From assembly GCA_016719165.1 (NCBI GenBank), contig JADKAJ010000001.1, forward strand, positions 733,669 to 797,668: 64,000 bases of DNA, read 5' to 3'. This document shows, one piece after another, positions 28,746 to 38,336 of this stretch (positions are counted from its first letter, which is position 1; every line of letters begins with the position of its first letter). The DNA comes from Chitinophagaceae bacterium. Its GTDB lineage: Bacteria; Bacteroidota; Bacteroidia; Chitinophagales; Chitinophagaceae. The notes beneath the pieces are model-generated. The model worked only from the letters and a program-made list of their open reading frames with translations. It was not told the DNA's origin and made no database searches. A program made the translations under genes and the position numbers.

Positions 28746-31676
28746 ATGAGAAAAAGCTACCGCTATTTAGCTTCCTCGCTGATGGCTGTTTTGTTTACGA
28801 TTGCTGCTTATGCTCAAACAGTTACCATTACAGGTTCTGTTCGTAACAATACAACTAAAGAAAGTGTACCGGCTGTATCTGTTTCGGTAAAAGGTACCAC
28901 CCAGGGTACTTATTCTAATTCAGATGGTGAGTTCAGCCTTAGAGTTTCCAAATTACCTGTTGTACTTGTATTTAGCTCAGTGGGTTATGAAGATCAGGAG
29001 ATTACTGTTTCTGATGCCTCCAAACCGTTCAACATTGATTTAAAAATCAATAATGCGTTGGGCCAGGAGGTAGTAGTGGCTGCTACCCGTAGCCCGACAC
29101 GATTGCTCGAGTCTCCCGTTACCGTGGAAAGAATGAGCAACAACGTGTTGAGAAATGTGGCTGCTCCTAACTATTATGAAGCAATTGGTAACCTGAAAGG
29201 GGTGGATGTGCATACTGCCAGCTTAACCTTCCGTACGGTTACTACCCGTGGATTTGTAAGCAGCGGTAATACCCGTTTGAACCAATTGATCGATGGTATG
29301 GATAACCAGGCGCCCGGGTTAAATTTTTCTGTGGGTAGTGTTCTGGGCCCGTCGGATCTTGACGTTGATAATGTTGAAATTCTGTCAGGTGCATCCTCTG
29401 CTTTGTATGGTTCAGGCGGTATGAATGGAACCATACTTATCTCTACAAAAAATCCATTTAAATACCAGGGTCTTAGTTATAATATCAAGCAGGGAATCAT
29501 GCATGTTGATGGAAAACAGCGCAATGCTTCACCCTTCTACGATTGGTCTTTCCGTTGGGCAAAGGCTTATAAGAACAAGCTAGGTATCAAACTGGCCGCA
29601 CAAATTGTAAAAGGTGCTGACTGGGAAGCTGAGGATTATCGCAATAAACAACAGATCGGTATCCTAAGTAAAGTAGTCGGTGGTAATCGTCAGAATGATC
29701 CCAATTATAATGGTATCAATATGTATGGTGATGAGACAAGTGCTGATATGAACGGGTTTTCTTATTTTGTTCAGGATCAAACAAGAAGAAGTATTCTTGC
29801 TGCAACGGGTGGTGCATTTGACGTTGTAAACGCTGCAAATGGTTACTTCACTGCTATTGGTAATCCGGCTTATCCAACCAATGCTCAAATAGGGGCCTTT
29901 ATTGGTGGACTTGGTTTTCTGGGTTCTGCCGGACAAGCTGCTGTTCAACAAATGATGCCTTTTTATATCGGTTTAAGAAATGGTTATTTTAATAAGGCAA
30001 GTGTTTCCAGAACAGGATATGAAGAGCAATCCCTGGTAGATTATAATACTATCAATTTCAAATTTACCGGCGGGCTTCATTATAAAATAAACGACAGGCT
30101 GGAAGCTTCTTTCAACACTTATATGGGGACCGGTACTACTGTATATACAGGAGCGGACCGTTATTCTCTGCGCAACCTGAAAATGGCACAGCATAAAGTT
30201 GAATTGAGACATAAGAACTGGTTTGTCCGCGGGTATACGACTCAGGAAAATGCCGGTGATTCTTATAATGCTTCTGCTCTTGGAGCATTCCTTAATGAAA
30301 CTTATAGGCCTAGTTCTGCCTGGTTTCCTCTTTATATCGGAACTTTCTCTGAAGGAAGAAGATTGAATGGCGGTGCTGTAAGTGATTTTACCTTACATTC
30401 TGCTGCCCGTGCTTCAGCTGATGCTGGTAGGTTAATGCCAGGCACTGCAGCTTTTGAAACTGCCTCAAAAACTATTAAAAGTATACCCATAAGAAAGGGT
30501 GGGGCTTTATTCCTTGATAAATCAGACTTATATGCTACAGAAGGGCAGTTTAATATTTCTGATATGATCGGATTTTCCGATAAACTGGAAATAATAGCTG
30601 GAACAGGCTGGAAGCAATGGATCATGAATTCCCAGGGAACCATCTTTGCAGATACAGCACAGTCACTTCGTGTAAATGAATATGGGGGCTATATCCAGCT
30701 GAAGAAAAAAATGCTTAATGATGTCCTGACGTTAACTGCATCAGGCCGTTACGATAAACAAACCAATTTTGAAGGAAAGTTCACCCCAAGGCTTTCTGCT
30801 GTTATTAGAGTTGCTAAGGAAAATTTCCTTCGTTTATCTTACCAGACAGCTTATCGTTTCCCAACAAACCAAAACCAGTATATAAGCCTGGTAACAGGTT
30901 CGGGGGTTTTGATGGGTTGCTTGCCTGAATTCCAGGATTATTATAAACTGAATTCAACTTTGCCTGGGTATACTGCCGCCAGCGTCTTAGCATACCGTTC
31001 CGGTGCGCTGAGTGACTCCAGCAGGCTGGTAAGAGCACAGTACAGGGAAGTAAAGCCTGAAACAGTAAAATCATACGAATTAGGCTATAAAGGTATAATC
31101 GGCAAGAAGTTACTGGTAGATGGTTATGTATACTACAGTCAATACCAGGATTTTCTTGTAAGTGAAGCTGTAGTACAATCAAGGAATGGGGCTAATTTTG
31201 AGTTATATTCTCCCTACAGCAGCACCAACGTATCATATGTTCAGAATTCGGATGATAACGTAAAATCTATCGGTTGGGGTATCGGTCTTGAATACCAGCT
31301 GATCAAAAGATACGTGTTGTATGGTAACGTATTCTCTGACCAATTGAAAGATGTTGACCCTGCTGTGGTTACTTTCTTCAATGCGCCCAAGTATCGTTTT
31401 AACATTGGCTTACGCAATGAGAATGTATTTAACAATATCGGTTTCAATGTGGTATTCAAATGGCAGGATAATAACTACTACGAAGGAACTTTCGTAAGTG
31501 GTACATTGCCTTACTTTGGTTGGTGGGATGCACAGGTTACTTATCGTCCTCCAACAACGAAGAGTACATTCAGGATAGGTGGTACTAACCTGGGAAATCA
31601 ATACCAGAGAACTGGTTTCGGCAGCCCTGCTGTTGGTGGTTTATATTACATCAGTTATGGTTACAACCTGTTCTGA
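28746..31676 (+). CDS. TonB-dependent receptor with an N-terminal carboxypeptidase-regulatory-like domain
   Basis: 976 aa with a signal peptide, a CarboxypepD_reg module (ITGSVRNNTTKESVPAVSVSVKGTTQGTYSNSDGEFSL), a plug (VERM…LKGVDV…RGF…NQLIDGM) and a terminal aromatic residue (…YGYNLF). No SusD-like gene follows. Confidence 0.85.
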   Translation: MRKSYRYLASSLMAVLFTIAAYAQTVTITGSVRNNTTKESVPAVSVSVKGTTQGTYSNSDGEFSLRVSKLPVVLVFSSVGYEDQEITVSDASKPFNIDLKINNALGQEVVVAATRSPTRLLESPVTVERMSNNVLRNVAAPNYYEAIGNLKGVDVHTASLTFRTVTTRGFVSSGNTRLNQLIDGMDNQAPGLNFSVGSVLGPSDLDVDNVEILSGASSALYGSGGMNGTILISTKNPFKYQGLSYNIKQGIMHVDGKQRNASPFYDWSFRWAKAYKNKLGIKLAAQIVKGADWEAEDYRNKQQIGILSKVVGGNRQNDPNYNGINMYGDETSADMNGFSYFVQDQTRRSILAATGGAFDVVNAANGYFTAIGNPAYPTNAQIGAFIGGLGFLGSAGQAAVQQMMPFYIGLRNGYFNKASVSRTGYEEQSLVDYNTINFKFTGGLHYKINDRLEASFNTYMGTGTTVYTGADRYSLRNLKMAQHKVELRHKNWFVRGYTTQENAGDSYNASALGAFLNETYRPSSAWFPLYIGTFSEGRRLNGGAVSDFTLHSAARASADAGRLMPGTAAFETASKTIKSIPIRKGGALFLDKSDLYATEGQFNISDMIGFSDKLEIIAGTGWKQWIMNSQGTIFADTAQSLRVNEYGGYIQLKKKMLNDVLTLTASGRYDKQTNFEGKFTPRLSAVIRVAKENFLRLSYQTAYRFPTNQNQYISLVTGSGVLMGCLPEFQDYYKLNSTLPGYTAASVLAYRSGALSDSSRLVRAQYREVKPETVKSYELGYKGIIGKKLLVDGYVYYSQYQDFLVSEAVVQSRNGANFELYSPYSSTNVSYVQNSDDNVKSIGWGIGLEYQLIKRYVLYGNVFSDQLKDVDPAVVTFFNAPKYRFNIGLRNENVFNNIGFNVVFKWQDNNYYEGTFVSGTLPYFGWWDAQVTYRPPTTKSTFRIGGTNLGNQYQRTGFGSPAVGGLYYISYGYNLF

Positions 31677-31706
31677 TAAAAGAATTGAAATTGGGTTCTA
31701 AGTATA

Positions 31707-31737
31707 AAGGCCTCCTTCGGGAGGCCTTATTTTTTTA
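31707..31737 (+). terminator. Rho-independent terminator
   Basis: AAGGCCTCC-TTCG-GGAGGCCTT followed by a T7 run. Confidence 0.85.
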
Positions 31738-31889
31738 ATTTATTTAATCACAATTTTAGAAATACTATCCGGGGATCTATTGGAGAAAGTGTAAGCTTCG
31801 GGATACATGAAGAAGTTAATCTCTGCCTTAAACGGTCTTCAGGTATTATATATCTGACTTTTTTTAATTAAAATAGTCGTCAGTATCAA

Positions 31890-32816
31890 TCAATTCAATG
31901 TCTTCACAACCTGTCCTATCATATGTCCATTATGATATAGTTGTAAAGTGTACCGGCCCTGCTGGTAATCATCAGCATTAAGAGAAAATGTCAATTGCTT
32001 TGATTCACCTTTCTGGTATTCAAATTTTATTTTCCGGGTGTAGCTTTTTTTGTCACCACTTTGCGTGGTCATTTGTGTAGCTGACTCCCAAACATCCGGT
32101 GTTAATACTTTGCCATCCGGTTGCGTAATAATAATATAGACTTCGGTATTAGTATAATCATTCACGTTATTCTGCACCGCAAAAGAAACGATTAGTTTAC
32201 TTACCTTTTTAGCAATATTGGTTTCCTGTTCCTTGTCATTTTTCAGAGTAACCGGGGAAAGTCTGATCTCTGAAGCCACAAATACAGAGGCACGGTCTAC
32301 TTTTTCTGCAAGCAGCTTATTTTCATCACCAAGCTTTTTCATAGTTTGCTGCAGACCTGTAATCTCCCCGTTCAATTGTGTCATTACATCACTTAATCTT
32401 TTTTTCTCTTCTTCAATACTGGTCTTTTCTCCTTTCAGTTCTTCAACCAGTACCTGGAGCTCTGCTATTTTCTTCCGGGCCAGTGTCATATCAGACTGGC
32501 TGGCGCCACTATTTTTTAGAATGGAATTAATTTCGGCTCTCAGTTTATTGATTTCCCCTAGTTTTTTATTCAGTTGTTTTTTGAGAGAATCAGCTCCGGA
32601 GCGGGTTGAATCCAGCTTCAGGTCAAGGCTATTGAGTGAGGCGGTATAAATTTTTTGTAAAGAATCCTGTACAGCTTCTGCCACCGCAATAGAATCTTTA
32701 ATAAAAATCTCTTTTCTATTGGTAGTGTATTGGGTTTTGTCATACAGGTGGTAAACCCAGGTACCCACCAATCCGACAGAAAGCATTACTAATAAAAAGC
32801 CTTTAATATCTTTCAT
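31890..32816 (-). CDS. TM / coiled-coil / C-terminal beta-domain protein (paralog A)
   Basis: 308 aa with an N-terminal TM segment (FLLVMLSVGLVGTWVYHLYDK), about 150 aa of heptad-rich K/E/L/Q sequence and a beta-rich C-terminal domain (VSKLIVSFAVQN…EVYIIITQPDGKVL…YTLQLYHNGHMIGQVVKTLN). Confidence 0.75.
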   Translation of the reverse strand: MKDIKGFLLVMLSVGLVGTWVYHLYDKTQYTTNRKEIFIKDSIAVAEAVQDSLQKIYTASLNSLDLKLDSTRSGADSLKKQLNKKLGEINKLRAEINSILKNSGASQSDMTLARKKIAELQVLVEELKGEKTSIEEEKKRLSDVMTQLNGEITGLQQTMKKLGDENKLLAEKVDRASVFVASEIRLSPVTLKNDKEQETNIAKKVSKLIVSFAVQNNVNDYTNTEVYIIITQPDGKVLTPDVWESATQMTTQSGDKKSYTRKIKFEYQKGESKQLTFSLNADDYQQGRYTLQLYHNGHMIGQVVKTLN

Positions 32817-32852
32817 AGGTGGAAGCTGGTTTATTAATTACTTTACTGTAAA

Positions 32853-34001
32853 TTAATTAGAGATTGTTTCATCTACATATGCAGATACCCAACCTACCTG
32901 TCCATTCTTAACCAGGTAAAATTGTTTGGTTTCAAAAGCTGATTCAAACTGGCGCATTATTTTCCACAAAAGACCGGCACCGGACATCAGTGATTTCTGA
33001 TCAAAGACTTTATGTACTCTTTTAATCTCTTCCATTGCCTGCATTTTTTGTTCAGGATTTTTAATAGTAGAAGTGAGAAAATCTGCTGAAAGAGCCGGGA
33101 AGTTTTTCAAAAGCTTTTCATTGAATTTTACCAACTCATCAAAAGTGATGGAGATAACAGGATTGTCAATCAATTCAGGATGCATCAACGTAGCAGTTGC
33201 CCAGGCTATACCACCACTTACAGCAATATTATCACTAAGAGGGTATGCGCCACTAGCGTTAACGGCGTAAATAATATCTGCATTTTCAGCATTCATCAAT
33301 ACTCTGGAAAGATTTTTAGAGAAATTGGGCATACTCATATCTCCATCGCATCTCTTCTCCGTTTCGTTATAAGTACTTTTTGTTCCCCAGTTAAGCTGGA
33401 ATAATTTAAAGTTTTCAGTATTCATGCCATCCGGGAAAAAGCCTCCTTTGGTGTTGCCACTTCCAATATCGATCAGAAAAGTAGTAAAGCGTCTTTTGTC
33501 AGGTACTATACCAAGGTGCGAAAGCCGGGCTTCCTGCATAACATCAACGACTTCCACAATTCTTTCCGGTTCACCAATTCTGAGCCGGAAGGAATCAATC
33601 AATGCTTTTACATTTCTTGTTTTTTTATCTTTCTCTGCCTGCATCTTTACTCCGCTGCTGATGACGGTAAATATTCTTTTCCTGGGTATCTTATACTCAT
33701 TGGTGGCCTTTGTGTACAAGCCATACAGCCCATCCAGTGTGGCGGTAAAAGTTGGGTCTGAGAAACTGATGAAATCAGTATTGACCGAAGTGTCTTTAAG
33801 AATATTAAATGCTCCGGTGCTTTGTGCATTTTTACCAATTTCAATGATGCTCATTTTGACGCCTTTAGAACCAACTTCAATACCCGTGTAAACTGAAGAA
33901 TTATTATACTTAGGCTGCACAGTATTTTGAGCAAGAACAACTAAAGTGTTTGAAAAAAGCAGGAAAGCTAATACCGCATAACGGTAATTTATGTGCAGCA
34001 T
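32853..34001 (-). CDS. Secreted ASKHA-fold (Ppx/GppA- or GDA1/CD39-like) phosphatase-like protein
   Basis: 382 aa with signal peptide …LFSNTLVVLAQ. It has a phosphate-1-like GIEVGSKGVKMSIIE, a phosphate-2-like FLIDIGSGNTKGGFF and an adenosine-like AVSGGIAWATA. The assignment rests on motifs only. Confidence 0.55.
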   Translation of the reverse strand: MLHINYRYAVLAFLLFSNTLVVLAQNTVQPKYNNSSVYTGIEVGSKGVKMSIIEIGKNAQSTGAFNILKDTSVNTDFISFSDPTFTATLDGLYGLYTKATNEYKIPRKRIFTVISSGVKMQAEKDKKTRNVKALIDSFRLRIGEPERIVEVVDVMQEARLSHLGIVPDKRRFTTFLIDIGSGNTKGGFFPDGMNTENFKLFQLNWGTKSTYNETEKRCDGDMSMPNFSKNLSRVLMNAENADIIYAVNASGAYPLSDNIAVSGGIAWATATLMHPELIDNPVISITFDELVKFNEKLLKNFPALSADFLTSTIKNPEQKMQAMEEIKRVHKVFDQKSLMSGAGLLWKIMRQFESAFETKQFYLVKNGQVGWVSAYVDETISN

Positions 34002-34128
34002 ATTTTTGAATTTACTTCCTGATAAAAATACTACAATACCACGCAGTTTTACTTTATTCTATTTTGACACTTCAATAATGTGTAAAAAATGTGGCTAAAT
34101 GTTATCCCTGTTAAATATCATTAATCAT

Positions 34129-34165
34129 AAAAAAGCCGCCTCGTATTTAACGAGGCGGCTTTTTG
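34129..34165 (-). terminator. Strong bidirectional rho-independent terminator
   Basis: AGCCGCCTCG-TATTTAA-CGAGGCGGCT flanked by an A5 run on one side and a T5 run on the other. It lies just downstream of the 34184-35158 gene. Confidence 0.85.
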
Positions 34166-34183
34166 TAGCAGGAGTTATCTGCT

Positions 34184-35158
34184 TTAACCGAATATACCAC
34201 CTTTTTTAAGGCTTCTTACACCTTCACCAATTTTAAATCCATTATGATATATTTCTACTTTATAATTTCCTGTCTTGAAATCTTCCTGTTTGATCGGGAA
34301 CTGAACAGGCTTACGGGTTCCCTGCTCATAATTAACAGGTATCCTTGCCGTGAATGTTTTTTCACCATCCTGGCGGGTATTCAAAATGCTTCCGGCATCA
34401 GAGATTACTTTTCCATCAGGAGCTGTTACAATCAGGTACATATCTGCAGGTCCTGATTTTGCAATGCGGTTCTCCACATCAAAAGAAACTACCAGTTTGT
34501 CTACTCTTTTAGCAGTAGAAGTACTTTTCTCTTTTCCACTTTTCTTTTCGTCAACCGGTGTTACTTGTATATTCGAAGCGCTGAACGTAGAACCCACATC
34601 AACTGTTTTTTCAAGGGTTTCTTTCTCTGATTTGGTAGTTGTCAGGTTTGTTTCCAACGCAGTCTTTTCATCTTTTAGCGTTGTATTGGCTGCAGTCAGC
34701 TCCTGGTTTTCACCGGTGAGGCGGGTTACTTCAGCTTCCAGACCTGTTATCTTATCGTTTAGATCTGCAATCATTGTCCTTGCTTTGGCTAACTGAGCCT
34801 GTGTTGCATTCTTATCATTCAGGATCTTCCGGATCTCAGATTTCTTAGCATCAATTTCTTTTTGCCTGTCCGTTAACTGACCCTGCAAATTGTTATTAGC
34901 ACCGGTAACTGAATCCAGTCTTGCCAATGCATTGTCAAATTCCATCTGGATATCCGTCTTGGCAGAGTCCAAAACGGCAATTTGAGCTTGTTGCTTAGAG
35001 ATAGTTTCTCCGGATTTATTTTTGTCCCAGAGAAGATAACCCCATGTGCCAAGGAGACCTGCTGCAAGCAAGCCAATTATTAAATTTTTGCTGTTCCTGT
35101 TTTTATTCGGCTGAGTTTCAGGGGTGGTGGTAGCCGAAGGATAATTCGTGTTTGTCAT
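34184..35158 (-). CDS. TM / coiled-coil / C-terminal beta-domain protein (paralog B)
   Basis: 324 aa with the same plan as 31890-32816: a TM segment (LIIGLLAAGLLGTWGYLLWDK), a coiled coil and a C-terminal domain (VDKLVVSFDVEN…DMYLIVTAPDGKVI…YKVEIYHNGFKIGEGVRSL). Confidence 0.75.
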   Translation of the reverse strand: MTNTNYPSATTTPETQPNKNRNSKNLIIGLLAAGLLGTWGYLLWDKNKSGETISKQQAQIAVLDSAKTDIQMEFDNALARLDSVTGANNNLQGQLTDRQKEIDAKKSEIRKILNDKNATQAQLAKARTMIADLNDKITGLEAEVTRLTGENQELTAANTTLKDEKTALETNLTTTKSEKETLEKTVDVGSTFSASNIQVTPVDEKKSGKEKSTSTAKRVDKLVVSFDVENRIAKSGPADMYLIVTAPDGKVISDAGSILNTRQDGEKTFTARIPVNYEQGTRKPVQFPIKQEDFKTGNYKVEIYHNGFKIGEGVRSLKKGGIFG

Positions 35159-35376
35159 ACAAAAAGGGATTTTAGTAATTAAAATTTTAGATTAGTAGCT
35201 TTTTTAAATTTGATCCGCTGCAAATTAGTCAGGTGGTTGCAAGCGAACCGGATAAATCGTGTTAAAATCTTCCGGGACCTATTTTCCGAAAACCGTGCCA
35301 GAATGAATCCGGCTGTTTCTAAATAATTGTCTTTTTTGAACCCCAGGCATCCTGAAAGCCTGTATCTTAGCAGCTT

Positions 35377-36375
35377 ATGAGTGTGGAAAAGATAATTTCC
35401 GACTGGAAAAAGAAAGTATTTAAGCCGGTTTACTGGCTTGAAGGGGAGGAGGAATATTTTATTGATAAGGCCGTAGATTATGCTGAACACCACATTTTGA
35501 ATGAAAGTGAGGCCTCGTTTAATTTATCCGTTTTTTACGGCAAAGATGCTAATTGGGCAGATGTATTGAATGCTTGCCGCCGTTACCCGATGTTTGCCGA
35601 AAGACAGGTGGTGCTGTTAAAAGAGGCTCAGCAAATGAAGGATGTCGAAAAACTGGAACCCTATATTGAAACTCCGCTAAGTTCGACAGTGTTTGTTGTC
35701 TCTTACAAAGAGAAAAAACTGGATGCCCGTAAAAAATTTGCCAAACTGGTTAAGGAAAATGGTGTATTGGTTACTACCAAAAAAATGTATGATAAAGATG
35801 TACCGGCCTGGACCCAGGAATTGGTGCATTCCAAAGGATTGACCATCTCACCCAGGGGATTGGCTTTACTGGTAGATCATATTGGGAATGACCTGACAAG
35901 GATAGAAAATGAGATTGACAAACTTTCTGTTAATCTTGGTAAGGGGACCAACATTACTGAAGATGATATTGAAAAATATATTGGAGTCAGTAAAGATTAC
36001 AACGTATTTGAGCTGCAAGCAGCACTGGCTGCCAAAGACCTTGCCCGTACTATCCGTATCATTCAATACTTTGAAGCGAACCCCAAGGCAGGCCCGATAC
36101 AACTGATACTCCCATCTCTTTATAGTTTTTTCAGCAAAGTATTTATGATTTTCGGGGCAGGTACCAACGATGAAAAAACGATAGCGACCAGTATAGGGGT
36201 CAATCCTTATTTTATGAAGGATTATATGCAGGCAGCCCGGCTTTACTCCTATCCCGGCGTTGAAAAAGTACTGTTATTGCTCCATCAATACAACCTGAAG
36301 AGTATCGGTGTAGGAAGTACAGCCACGGAAGACGCTTCCTTGATGAAGGAAATGGTGGTAAAAATGCTTAGCTGA
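35377..36375 (+). CDS. holA: DNA polymerase III subunit delta
   Basis: 332 aa with …KPVYWLEGEEEYFIDKAVDYAE…YGKDANWADVLNACRRYPMFAERQVVLLKEAQ…, typical of HolA. Confidence 0.85.
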   Translation: MSVEKIISDWKKKVFKPVYWLEGEEEYFIDKAVDYAEHHILNESEASFNLSVFYGKDANWADVLNACRRYPMFAERQVVLLKEAQQMKDVEKLEPYIETPLSSTVFVVSYKEKKLDARKKFAKLVKENGVLVTTKKMYDKDVPAWTQELVHSKGLTISPRGLALLVDHIGNDLTRIENEIDKLSVNLGKGTNITEDDIEKYIGVSKDYNVFELQAALAAKDLARTIRIIQYFEANPKAGPIQLILPSLYSFFSKVFMIFGAGTNDEKTIATSIGVNPYFMKDYMQAARLYSYPGVEKVLLLLHQYNLKSIGVGSTATEDASLMKEMVVKMLS

Positions 36376-36463
36376 ACAGCAACTCTGTCATTAGTTTAAT
36401 TTCCCTTTCTTTGTGCAACTTTTTAAAATTGGTTTTCATCCTCCTGAACAATTAAATAGAATT

Positions 36464-37210
36464 ATGAAAAAAACAGTATTGTCATTATTTGTTTCCAGCA
36501 CCTTATTTCTTACCGGTTGTCTCGAGACCACACAGGAAATTACCCTGAATGAGGATGGCAGCGGAACTATCAGCAATACAAATGACATGAGTGCTCTTAT
36601 TGGTATGGCTAAGCAAATGGGCGGCGCTGATATGGAAGGCGCAAACCAGGTAGTTGATTCAACTATTTCCATGAATGCAGGTGCTGATAGTATCCCAAAC
36701 CTTACAGCCGAAGAAAAGGAGATGGTTAAAAAAGGTACTCTCCGGATTAATATGGATATGAAAAATGAAAAATTCCTGACCAAACTTTCTTTTCCTTTTA
36801 CCTCTCCTGCAGAAGTAGCGGTCTATAATAAACTTTCCGGGAAGATAATGTCTGAAACATTAAAGGAACAAATGGGAGAAGGTATGCCGATGGGAGGCGA
36901 AATGCCGGAGCCAAGTTCTTTTGATGATTACTATAACATTAATTTTTCCAACGGATTGCTCACAAAAACTTTGGACAAAGAGAAATTTGCCAGGGCTGCT
37001 GATGATGAATACCTGAAAAGTATGAAAGAGACGGCTGCGATGGGCTTGTCAATGAAAGCAAATTATGTGATTAACCTGCCCCGGCCAGCAAAAATGGTGG
37101 AAGGTAAAGGTATCAGGCTCTCGGAAGACAAAAAAACAATTACTATCTCGTCTGATTTAGATGATTTCTTTGATGATCCCTCCAAACTGGAATACAGAAT
37201 AGAGTATTAA
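36464..37210 (+). CDS. Hypothetical lipoprotein
   Basis: MKKTVLSLFVSSTLFLTGC lipobox. The protein is acidic and Met-rich, and I recognise no family. Confidence 0.6.
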   Translation: MKKTVLSLFVSSTLFLTGCLETTQEITLNEDGSGTISNTNDMSALIGMAKQMGGADMEGANQVVDSTISMNAGADSIPNLTAEEKEMVKKGTLRINMDMKNEKFLTKLSFPFTSPAEVAVYNKLSGKIMSETLKEQMGEGMPMGGEMPEPSSFDDYYNINFSNGLLTKTLDKEKFARAADDEYLKSMKETAAMGLSMKANYVINLPRPAKMVEGKGIRLSEDKKTITISSDLDDFFDDPSKLEYRIEY

Positions 37211-37318
37211 GGCAGCTGCGCATAAATTATTTTATAAAACTTTTTTAATAGGTAAATGTTTAATTGCCATTATTTCTACCGGGGGAAACCGGTTTTGGCC
37301 CATTTTACTGATCATTGC

Positions 37319-38248
37319 TTATAACACTTTCAAACTATTGATTTTGTCCTGGTCCATCTGTTGTACCAGTTCTTCCAGTCCGTTGAATTTTATTTCTTCC
37401 CGCAGGTATTTTTTGACAAACACTTTTAAGGTCTGGCCATAGATCTCTGTGTCGAAATCAAAAATGTTTACTTCTACTACCCGTTTCTTTCCGTCCACCG
37501 TGGGTCTGAAACCGATGCTCATCATACCTTTAAGTCTTTCTGTATATCCTTCAGGTTGGGCATATACAGCATAGATCCCATTCCCGGGAATTATTTTCTC
37601 ATCATCGTTTATTTTCAGGTTGGCGGTGGGATAGCCCAATTTTCTCCCGATCTTATCTCCATGTACTACAACTCCGGAAAAGAAAAATTCATAACCAAGA
37701 AGGGTGTCCGCAGTGGCAATATCATTGTGTAATATCGCCTGCCGTATATTCGTGGAGCTGATCGCTATATTTTCCAATACATGTTTTGGTATCTCCTTTA
37801 ACTGGTAATTATATTCCGTTGCTTTCTTTTCCAATAAGCGGTAATCACCCAGCCTGTCACGACCGAACCGGTGGTCATATCCAATGATAATCGTATGGGG
37901 ATGAAATTTATCTACCAGGAAATTCTTGATATAATCTTCTGCCGGCTGGTTGGCAAAAACCTCTGTAAAAGGGACTACAACCAGGTGGTTGATACCCAAT
38001 CGGGTAAGGATCTCAATTCTTTCACTCAGGGTATTGATCAGCCGGATACCCAGGATGGCAGAAGAGACCACTTTACGGGGATGTGGGTGAAAGGTGATGA
38101 TGACAGTTTCTCCATCATTGGCTTTTGCCTCTGCTTTTAGTTTGTCAATTATCTGGCGGTGACCCATGTGCACTCCGTCAAAAGTGCCAATGGTGATGAT
38201 GGCATTCCTGAATTCGGGTAATTGTTCAATGTCGTAATGTACTTTCAT
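37319..38248 (-). CDS. ribF: Bifunctional riboflavin kinase / FAD synthetase
   Basis: 309 aa with IGTFDGVHMGHRQI (nucleotidyltransferase) and a C-terminal riboflavin kinase domain (GVVVHGDKIGRKLGYPTANL…). Confidence 0.9.
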   Translation of the reverse strand: MKVHYDIEQLPEFRNAIITIGTFDGVHMGHRQIIDKLKAEAKANDGETVIITFHPHPRKVVSSAILGIRLINTLSERIEILTRLGINHLVVVPFTEVFANQPAEDYIKNFLVDKFHPHTIIIGYDHRFGRDRLGDYRLLEKKATEYNYQLKEIPKHVLENIAISSTNIRQAILHNDIATADTLLGYEFFFSGVVVHGDKIGRKLGYPTANLKINDDEKIIPGNGIYAVYAQPEGYTERLKGMMSIGFRPTVDGKKRVVEVNIFDFDTEIYGQTLKVFVKKYLREEIKFNGLEELVQQMDQDKINSLKVL

Positions 38249-38312
38249 AAAGAGCTGCGAAGATAAATATTAGTCATTAGTCAGGAGCTGCGGGTCTTTA
38301 GCCCGGAATAGT

Positions 38313-38320
38313 TAGTTTTG
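38313..38320 (+). promoter_or_regulatory. -7 promoter box (TAGTTTTG) for purM
   Basis: TAnnTTTG match 17 nt upstream of the ATG at 38337. Confidence 0.45.
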
Positions 38321-38336
38321 CGGCTCAAATCTCACT

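Noticed and set aside
32218-32649. 143-aa Ser/Phe-rich plus-strand ORF, and the similar ORF at 34350-34796
   Set aside because: Both are antisense to the coiled-coil regions. Lys/Glu/Leu-rich codons on the coding strand produce long stop-free Ser/Phe/Leu frames on the complement. They are low-complexity and lack plausible starts or promoters.
33424-33891. 155-aa plus-strand ORF inside the ASKHA-like gene
   Set aside because: It is antisense to a gene with a signal peptide and ordered ASKHA motifs, and nothing independent supports it.
35179-35493. 104-aa minus-strand ORF in the holA upstream region
   Set aside because: It overlaps the holA start and spans the divergent promoter region. The sequence is basic and low-complexity, and it is not supported.
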